This document shows positions 57,213-64,000 of a DNA stretch of 64,000 nucleotides, one piece after another. Numbering within the stretch: position 1 is the stretch's first letter; every line of letters starts with the position of its first letter. The position numbers and the translations under genes were made by a program. Origin of the DNA: Ruminococcus sp. (lineage in GTDB: Bacteria; Bacillota; Clostridia; Oscillospirales; Acutalibacteraceae); the NCBI GenBank assembly GCA_017404665.1, contig JAFRBX010000076.1, positions 52,540 through 116,539 of the forward strand. The letters are read 5' to 3'. The notes under the pieces were generated by a model. That model did no database searches. It saw nothing but the letters and a program-made list of their open reading frames with translations, and was not told where the DNA came from.

Positions 57213-58184
57213 ATGAAAACAAGTAAAAATACGAAACGGGTGCTTCATGTTCTTTTGATAGTTGTTTTGGTTTTTGTTATGATCTCGATGGCGGTCACGA
57301 TGATTTTTTATCAGACGGCTTTTCCCCGGAGCGATGTACTTTCCGACTTTTCTCTCAGCTATTCGGATATTGACGCCTCCTTATATCCATGCAGACAGAT
57401 CAATTTTTCTTCCGGTTCCAACACGCTGTCCGGTTATTGCTATACCTGTCCTCAGCCCTCGGCGCTGGTGGTGACCGCGGCGGGCTTTCGCGACAGCGGC
57501 GCTTCCTATCTGCCAGAGATGACCTACATGGTCGATAACGGCTTCGATGTGTTCTGCTATGACGCGACCGGCGTAGGGGAGAGTGAAGGTGTTTCCGCTG
57601 TCGGTTTATCCCAGCCATCCCTTGATCTTCGGGCGGCGCTGTCGTATATTGCGAACGATCCCGAACTCTGTGAGCTCCCGATACTGCTCTACGGCTATTC
57701 AGCGGGCGGCTACGCTGCGGCTCGCTGTGCAGGATGCGACAACGTCAAAGCGGCTGTTATTATCTCGGGTTTTGAGTCTCCGACGCAGCTGATGCGCGAG
57801 ACGGCGCGCTCCTATGTCGGAATCTTTGCGGATATCGAATATCCATTCATGAATCTCGGCAATGCCCTCACCTTTGGAACCGACGCCGATAACAGCGCTT
57901 CTGCATCTATCGCCGAAGCGAAAATCCCAATCGCGGTTTACGAGGGTGCAGATGATGAGCGTGTTCCGGCGTCATGCCGCCTGAGCGCGTATCTCGATGC
58001 GTCGGACGACAACCTGACGCTCACGGTCAGCGATATCCCCGGTCACAGCGGACACAGCGACCTGTGGCTGTCCGAATCGGCTGTCGCAGCCCGAGAGAGC
58101 AGCTCTGCAGATCCATTTGCCGCCAACGAGCCCGATCCCGTGTTTATCCGCAGCGTGATCCGGTTTTTAAAAGCGGCCCTATAA
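57213..58184 (+). CDS. Secreted/anchored alpha/beta hydrolase
   Basis: N-terminal TM, YDATGVGES, GYSAGG, EGADD, GHSD. Confidence 0.82.
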   Translation: MKTSKNTKRVLHVLLIVVLVFVMISMAVTMIFYQTAFPRSDVLSDFSLSYSDIDASLYPCRQINFSSGSNTLSGYCYTCPQPSALVVTAAGFRDSGASYLPEMTYMVDNGFDVFCYDATGVGESEGVSAVGLSQPSLDLRAALSYIANDPELCELPILLYGYSAGGYAAARCAGCDNVKAAVIISGFESPTQLMRETARSYVGIFADIEYPFMNLGNALTFGTDADNSASASIAEAKIPIAVYEGADDERVPASCRLSAYLDASDDNLTLTVSDIPGHSGHSDLWLSESAVAARESSSADPFAANEPDPVFIRSVIRFLKAAL

Positions 58185-58207
58185 TCTGCATGCATAGAAA
58201 AATAACG

Positions 58208-58232
58208 AGGAGGGTGATCGACCCTCCTTTTG
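58208..58232 (+). terminator. Intrinsic terminator
   Basis: AGGAGGGT-GATCG-ACCCTCCT-TTTG. Confidence 0.7.
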
Positions 58233-58256
58233 TTATATTACAAACCTTCATTATTG

Positions 58257-58324
58257 ATTTAGCAAAATCTTCATTCTTTATTTAGCAAAAGAGTATTGCA
58301 CAGAACAGAGAATTATGGTATTCT
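58257..58324 (+). promoter_or_regulatory. Promoter with upstream direct repeats
   Basis: ATTTAGCAAAA at 58257 and 58280; TTGCAC(58296)-N17-TATTCT(58319) with extended TG. Confidence 0.55.
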
Positions 58325-58410
58325 TAATCAGTATGGATTCGTAATTATATCTTTCTGAAGCTTGCAGCTGCATTTTGCAGTAATAAATCATTATTCTTGG
58401 ATGTGATAAT

Positions 58411-58671
58411 ATGAAATTGAACGAGGAATTTATTCTCCATAGTCTTGACGAAGAGACTCTGCTCGTACCCACCGGCAACGCGGTATTTCACGGTCTGATA
58501 CAGGGCAATAAGACCGTGGACGTTATCCTGCACTGCCTGTTGAAGGATGCTACGGAGGACGATATCCTCGCGGTATTAAAAGAAAAATTCGTCGGCAACG
58601 AAGATGATATGCGCGCTGATATTCGTGAAGTTATCACAAAGCTCCGCGCGATAGGTGCAATCGATGATTAA
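58411..58671 (+). CDS. PqqD-family (RiPP recognition element) protein
   Basis: MKLNEEFILHSLDEETLLVP..., L.EKF..., DI..VI.KL..IGAI; 86 aa. Confidence 0.8.
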   Translation: MKLNEEFILHSLDEETLLVPTGNAVFHGLIQGNKTVDVILHCLLKDATEDDILAVLKEKFVGNEDDMRADIREVITKLRAIGAIDD

Positions 58672-59092
58672 ATCAACATTTGAACAGGTGATTGAAGAGG
58701 ACGGCGTTTTGGTCTATACCAACGTCGGCGACAGCATGTATCCGCTGATCAAACCTCGCGATCTGCTGGTTATCAAAAAGCCTGTATTGCCGCTTAAGCG
58801 CTTGGATATTCCCTTATACAAGCGTGATAACGGACAGTATGTGCTGCACCGTATCGTCAGGATACGCGGAAACGAGTATCAGATGTGCGGCGATAATCGT
58901 GTCGGGATCGAGCGGGGTATCACCGATAAGCATATCATCGGCGTTTTGACAGATATCATACGCGGCGACCAAACGCTTTCTGTTTACAGCTTCAAGAAGC
59001 GCGTGTATGCGCATCTGTGGTCGGATTTCAGACCGATCAAGTATGTTATTTTCCGTATTATAAGGCTGTACAGGTCATGGAAAAAAAGATAA
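58664..59092 (+). CDS. S24/S26 family peptidase
   Basis: GDSMYPLI, YVLHRIV, GDNR; overlaps the PqqD stop. Confidence 0.82.
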   Translation: MIKSTFEQVIEEDGVLVYTNVGDSMYPLIKPRDLLVIKKPVLPLKRLDIPLYKRDNGQYVLHRIVRIRGNEYQMCGDNRVGIERGITDKHIIGVLTDIIRGDQTLSVYSFKKRVYAHLWSDFRPIKYVIFRIIRLYRSWKKR

Positions 59093-59183
59093 ATATTGCT
59101 GCATTTTGCAACCTTTTGGCTTCTTGAAGTGTGTATCATATAGAGGCGTGCTTCGCCTACTACTTTGAAAAGTGAGATGTATT

Positions 59184-60780
59184 ATGTTGAAGAAAATCTT
59201 ATCACTGTTCTTATGCTTGATCATTGCCGTATCTGTATCGGCGATGGCATTCGAGGTTTCCGCTGAAACATATACGGAGCCTGATTTACCGGCGGAAGCG
59301 GATTTGTTGATGGATGAAGCTGAGTTATCTGACGAAAGCTACGCGTCGACCGGCGTCAGTCTCAACGATTCGTTGATTGTTCCGCGTATTGTTATTACCA
59401 CCGAAGACGGTAACGGGACCTCCCTGCAGAAGACCGACGGATACGTGAAGGCCGCCATATCAATAACCGATGTTGACGGTTCATCGCTCAGCGAGGAGTG
59501 TGACTGACTTTAAGGTCAGGGGAAACACCACCGCGATGACCTTCATCGAGAAGAAGGCTTATACCTTTAAATTTGCCAAGAAGAAGGACGTTCTCGGCAT
59601 GGGCAAGGGCAAAAAGTGGGCGCTGCTCGCCAACGCCTTTGATCCGACTATGCTGCGCAATTATACTGCTTTCGAGTTAGCCAATGAACTCGGCTTGTCC
59701 TATACCTCCAACCATCGCTTTGTCGAGGTGTTCCTCGACGGCTCCTACCGCGGCTGCTATGAGCTGGCGGAGCCGGTGCAGGAGGGCAAGGACAGGGTCA
59801 ATATCGATATCGATTCAAACGACGGGAAAAAGGATTTTCTGATCGAGTACGAAGCGCAGCGCGAAGAAGAGGATACCACCTATTTTACCGTAGACGGGCT
59901 GCGCTTTATCGCGAGCGATCCTGATGAGCCTGACGACGATCAGCTGGCGTATATCATCGATACGATGAACAGCATCATTGATGTTCTCAAGACCGGTGAC
60001 CGCCAAGAGATCGAAAAGGTGATCGACGTTCCGTCTTTCGTTGCTTTTTATCTCTTGAACGAGTATCTCAAGACCTTTGACTTTGATATGAGCTCAGTCT
60101 TCTTCTATTATCAGGACGGCAGGCTCTATGCCGGTCCTGCGTGGGATTACGATCTCTCGACCGGCAATATCAGTGATCAGCTGACGAATTCACGCGCGAA
60201 GAATACCAGAGATCCTGATGGCATCCTGCAGAAGAATAAGAACCTCTATAAATACCTCGGCAAGCTGACATGGTTTATGGATGAAGTCATCAAGTTGTAT
60301 GAAGAGCATTATGACTATATGGTCAATATCTTTGCCGACGGCGGTCAGCTCGATACCCTCAGCGAACAGTACAGTGAGCTTTTTGAGCGCAACGCGACGG
60401 TTTGGCGAGTATCAAAATGGCTGTATAACTATCAGAGAAAGCCGCTTGCGACCTATCAGGAAAATCTGGATTACTTAAAGAACTGGCTGAGCGAGCGCAA
60501 TGCATGGCTGTATGATGAATGGGATCTTTTCGGTTATGAATATCTCCGCGGAGACGCCGACGGCAACGGAAAAGTTGAAGTGATCGACGTTACCGCCATT
60601 CAGCGAACGCTGGTTAATTTGAACACAGCTGACGACGACGGTCATATGGATCTGAGAACTGCTGTGACCGGCGAGACGCTTTCAATCACTGACGCTACCG
60701 TCCTTCAGCGCTATCTTGCCGGAATGGGAAATCCGTATGAGCTGGATACTAATGTGAAAACAAAATTGAGAGAGAAATAA
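59184..60780 (+). pseudogene. Secreted CotH-family kinase with C-terminal dockerin, frameshifted at 59501-59508
   Basis: Signal peptide; KVRGN, KKAYTFKF, KKWALLAN, GPAWDYDLS; dockerin GDADGNGKVEVIDVTAIQR...ITDATVLQRYLA. A TGAC duplication makes a TGA stop and shifts the frame. Confidence 0.8.
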
Positions 60781-60783
60781 CAG

Positions 60784-60811
60784 AATCCCGCCGTTGTTCG
60801 GCGGGATTTTT
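60784..60811. terminator. Bidirectional terminator
   Basis: AATCCCGCCG-TTGTT-CGGCGGGATT-TTT. Confidence 0.75.
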
Positions 60812-60826
60812 CGATGCTTATTCTGA

Positions 60827-62023
60827 TTACAGTGTTTCTCTCTTTAAACGGAATGCTACGGAACGCTTGAGATATTTCAGATAGTCCGCGTCGTGGCACA
60901 TACTCTTCTCGGGATTATCACTGAGCTTGGCAACGGGTTTGTCGTTGACATACTGGAGCTTGATGACGATGTTCAGCGGATCGACACAGGTATCGTTGGA
61001 GCAGAAGGTGCCGATGCCGAACGCGACCTTTGCTCTGTCCTTGAAGTAGTCAAAGAGCTTCTGTGCGCGGTCAAAGTCCAGACTGTCGGAGAAGAGCAGC
61101 TGTTTGGTGCGCGGGTCTACGCCGTAGCTTTCGTAATGCTTGATGATCTTTTCGCCCCATTCGTAAGGGTCGCCGGAGTCGTGACGCACGCCGTTATAGT
61201 TGTTGACATTGGAACGGTTGAAGTCGAGCAGAAAGAGATCGGTCGTGATGGTGTCGGTGAGGGCTGTGCCGTTGTCGCCGTCATACTCGTCGTACCAGTC
61301 GCGCATTGCGTAATGGTTGGTATAGGCAAGGGGATAGCGGTCAATGCCCTGATACATCTGCACGAACTCGTGCGCGTAGGTTCCGATGGGGGTCAGGTTG
61401 TACTTCATCGCGAGATAGACGTTGGAGGTTCCGATGCACTTGTCGGTCTCGGTGGACATACGGCGCACGACAACATCCTCCCACTCGCGCGACAGCCTGC
61501 GGCGGCATCCGAATTCGGCAAATTTAAAGGTATAAGTTCCATCGTTAAGCGCTTCGATTTTTTTGTTGAGCTTTTCCTCTGCTGATTTCAGGAGCTTATC
61601 ATAGTCGTAGGACATGCGGAAGTAGACCTCGTTGACGATCTCCAGCAGATGGATTTCAAACTGCATTGCCGAGAAGAGCGGTCCGTCGACGATGATGGAC
61701 AGCTCGCCGTCCTTGCTCAGCGAAGTAGAAACATATTCGCGGATCGGACGCCACAGCCGCAAAAATTCAACGTAGTCGTTTTTGATAAAGCGGATGGAGC
61801 GCAGATAATTCAGCTCATCCTTGCGAAAGCGCAGGGTGCAGAGATGGTCGATCTGGGCGTTGATCTCCTCCAGCATTTCGGGCGTAAATCTGACGCCCTC
61901 GTTGCGGCATTTAAAATAGTACTTTCCGCACAGGTCGGTGTGCTTGTGAAAAATCACCTGATCCATGTTGAATTTGTATAGATCAGTGTCTAACAGCGAT
62001 ATAACGATTGGGTCGAGCTTCAT
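60827..62023 (-). CDS. pncB: Nicotinate phosphoribosyltransferase
   Basis: SLLDTDLYK, AEFGCRRR, GTYAHE, RHDSGDP, FSDSL, FGIGT, KLSD. Confidence 0.93.
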   Translation of the reverse strand: MKLDPIVISLLDTDLYKFNMDQVIFHKHTDLCGKYYFKCRNEGVRFTPEMLEEINAQIDHLCTLRFRKDELNYLRSIRFIKNDYVEFLRLWRPIREYVSTSLSKDGELSIIVDGPLFSAMQFEIHLLEIVNEVYFRMSYDYDKLLKSAEEKLNKKIEALNDGTYTFKFAEFGCRRRLSREWEDVVVRRMSTETDKCIGTSNVYLAMKYNLTPIGTYAHEFVQMYQGIDRYPLAYTNHYAMRDWYDEYDGDNGTALTDTITTDLFLLDFNRSNVNNYNGVRHDSGDPYEWGEKIIKHYESYGVDPRTKQLLFSDSLDFDRAQKLFDYFKDRAKVAFGIGTFCSNDTCVDPLNIVIKLQYVNDKPVAKLSDNPEKSMCHDADYLKYLKRSVAFRLKRETL

Positions 62024-62061
62024 AGCAATCATTCCTTTCATACCTTTCAGTATTCCCATAC

Positions 62062-62090
62062 ATCTTAATACTTTATGCAGAAGAAGTCAA
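62062..62090 (-). promoter_or_regulatory. sigma-A promoter of pncB
   Basis: TTGACT-N17-TAAGAT on the minus strand. Confidence 0.55.
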
Positions 62091-62148
62091 GCCATTATCC
62101 CTGACATATTTCCGGAAAAGAAAAAAGGCTGCGAAAACAGCCTTTCTG

Positions 62149-62967
62149 TTACTGTGCGATATGGACGTCGAGCTGGTTAAAGGGAATTGTGACGTTGTTA
62201 TCATCCAGCGCTTCCTTGATGTGTTCTGTCAGACCGTAATACACCGTCCAGTAATCCTTGAAATCGCAGTAGCACCTGACGCTGAATTCCAGCGCGCTGT
62301 CGCCGTATTTTTCGATTTGTACCGAGTCGCGGTGCTTTTCGTCGCGTACCAGCAGATCGGTGTGCTTCATCACGTCGAACAGGATCGCTTTGACCTTTTT
62401 GATGTCTGCATCATAAGGGATCGGGACGTCCACCTGTACTCTGACCACCGGCTCGGCGGTATGGTTGTTGACCTCCGCGTTAGAGATCACAGAGTTCGGG
62501 ATGATCACGTTGGTGCCGTCGTAGGTGAGAATATCGGTATGCATGATGTCGATCTTCTGTACAAAGCCCTTGTAATGAGAGAATTCGATAAAATCACCTG
62601 TGACAAAGGGCTTGGTAAACAGGATCACGATCCCGCTGGCGATATCGTTGAGACGATCTTTGAGGGCGAGAGCGATCGCTGCGGCTGCCGCTGAAAAGAA
62701 CGCGACGATAGCGGTGATGGATATACCCATTGACGAAAGCGCTGCCAGTAAGGTGAAGACATACAGCACGATCCTCACGGCGCGGCAGACAAAGGCGCTG
62801 AGCGAGGGATCGACCTTGCGGCGTTCCAGCGCTTTACGCGTGATATGTATGATCAGTGCCGTAATCAGTATGCCGAGGACGGCGATGATGACCGCGCTCA
62901 ATAGGTTAGGGGTGTTCTGGATGACGGCGTCTTTGATTTTATTCCATAATTCTTCGATACGTTTCAA
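62149..62967 (-). CDS. mscS: Small-conductance mechanosensitive channel
   Basis: ALALKD.L.DIASGIVIL..KPFVTGDFI, VIIPNS, TIPFNQLDVH. Confidence 0.9.
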   Translation of the reverse strand: MKRIEELWNKIKDAVIQNTPNLLSAVIIAVLGILITALIIHITRKALERRKVDPSLSAFVCRAVRIVLYVFTLLAALSSMGISITAIVAFFSAAAAAIALALKDRLNDIASGIVILFTKPFVTGDFIEFSHYKGFVQKIDIMHTDILTYDGTNVIIPNSVISNAEVNNHTAEPVVRVQVDVPIPYDADIKKVKAILFDVMKHTDLLVRDEKHRDSVQIEKYGDSALEFSVRCYCDFKDYWTVYYGLTEHIKEALDDNNVTIPFNQLDVHIAQ

Positions 62968-63072
62968 AATACCAGCTCCCTTTTCGTGTTAGATAATATT
63001 CTATAGGAAAGGATTGACAAAAGCAAGTGATAAGTTGTAAACTTTTAGACATATTATAAACGAGGTGTTAGC

Positions 63073-63831
63073 ATGAAAGCATTGATCACAGGTGCGTCCT
63101 CGGGAATCGGACGCGACATGGCAAGAGTATTGGCGGCAAAGGGGTGGGACTTGATACTGGTCGCGCGCAGAGAAAACAGGATCAAAGAGCTCAAGGACGA
63201 GCTCGGTCAGGTGAACGTGCGCTGTATCACCGTCGACGTCGGCAAAACGGAGGATTGTCATGCGTTATATGACATGGTCAAGGACGAGCAGGTCGATATG
63301 CTCATCAACAACGCCGGCTTCGGCTTGGCGGGTGAATTCACTAAAACGGATCTGGATACAGAGCTGAACATGATCGACGTCAATGTCCGCGCGGTGCATA
63401 TCCTGACAAAGCTGTTTTTGCGCGATTTTATCGCACGAGACAGCGGTATCATTTTAAATGTCGCGTCTTCGGCGGGTTTTATGCCCGGACCGCTGCTGTC
63501 AACCTACTACGCGACGAAGAATTACGTCCTGCGGCTGTCCGAATCGATTTATGAGGAACTGCGCCGCAAGGGCAGTCATGTGAAGATTTCCGTATTGTGT
63601 CCCGGTCCCGTCAATACTGAGTTCAATCAGGTCGCAAAGGTGAAGTTCGCCGTTGACGGCATTTCTTCCGAGATGTGCGCAAGGATCGCGATCGACGGCG
63701 CTCTCAAAGGAAAACTGATCATAATTCCCGGCGGGATGATGAAGGTCGGGCTGTTCTTCCGCCGGTTCGTGCCCGAAAAGGCGCTCTTGAAGCTCGCTTA
63801 TGGATTTCAAAAAAGAAAAAATGACAGATGA
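63073..63831 (+). CDS. Short-chain dehydrogenase/reductase
   Basis: TGASSGIG, NNAGFG, YYATK, LCPGPV. Confidence 0.92.
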   Translation: MKALITGASSGIGRDMARVLAAKGWDLILVARRENRIKELKDELGQVNVRCITVDVGKTEDCHALYDMVKDEQVDMLINNAGFGLAGEFTKTDLDTELNMIDVNVRAVHILTKLFLRDFIARDSGIILNVASSAGFMPGPLLSTYYATKNYVLRLSESIYEELRRKGSHVKISVLCPGPVNTEFNQVAKVKFAVDGISSEMCARIAIDGALKGKLIIIPGGMMKVGLFFRRFVPEKALLKLAYGFQKRKNDR

Positions 63832-63861
63832 ACAATGCCCGTCGTGATCGGCGGGCATTGT
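63832..63861. terminator. Bidirectional terminator
   Basis: ACAATGCCCGTCG-TGAT-CGGCGGGCATTGT. Confidence 0.7.
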
Positions 63862-63887
63862 TGTATACAGTTTTATTGCAGTTCAAA

Positions 63888-63999
63888 TTAATATACTGTC
63901 ATCAACGGGTTCAGCGTAGAGCGCTGCGCCTCGGCTTCTTCAATGAATTTGGTTGCCTTGAAGCATCCCGCTACAACACAGTCGGAGGGGTTCTTTGCG
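63888..63999 (-). CDS. 3' end of a gene entering from beyond the window, possibly MreB/actin-like
   Basis: Minus frame RKEPSDCVVAGCFKATKFIEEAEAQRSTLNPLMTVY*; weak resemblance to the MreB C-terminal EDPLTCVA.G motif. Confidence 0.3.
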   Translation of the reverse strand, partial: AKNPSDCVVAGCFKATKFIEEAEAQRSTLNPLMTVY

Positions 64000-64000
64000 A

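Noticed and set aside
58185-58410. Search for a RiPP precursor peptide upstream of pqqD
   Set aside because: The region is filled by a terminator and promoter; there is no SD-led short ORF with a leader-like sequence.

Overview
Chromosomal window from an anaerobic Firmicute. A Ruminococcus bromii-like Oscillospiraceae is inferred from the tandem CBM26 starch-binding modules, a GH31 glucosidase and a ruminococcal-style dockerin. In order it contains: the 3' end of a multi-CBM26 protein; an aryl-acid cluster (amidohydrolase, Na+/solute symporter, two PaaK ligases, IorAB, ACT protein); ldh; HIT-PRTase-comEC-holA-rnmV; yebC; the conserved yicC-remA-gmk-rpoZ-priA-def-fmt-rsmB-rlmN-stp-prkC-rsgA run; udg, pduL, GH31 and DegV; an sdpR-sdpI-kinase-like-RAYT unit; TM1266-hydG-hydF; a ~14 kb lipid/acyl-handling island (hydrolases, two acyl-adenylating enzymes, two carrier domains, two PlsC-like acyltransferases, an LRAT-family protein, DegV, DAK2); a PqqD + S24/S26 peptidase + frameshifted CotH-dockerin unit; pncB, mscS and an SDR. 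I saw no rRNA, tRNA, CRISPR array or prophage. The most unusual signals are (1) three interleaved REP-like palindrome families, including copies translated in frame inside rnmV and GTAG-REPs embedded in the RAYT transposase's own ORF; (2) the LRAT-containing acyl island; and (3) a promoter-leader-terminator upstream of the hydrogenase maturases with alternative pairings. All calls come from reading motifs by eye; no searches were run, and start codons are best guesses.
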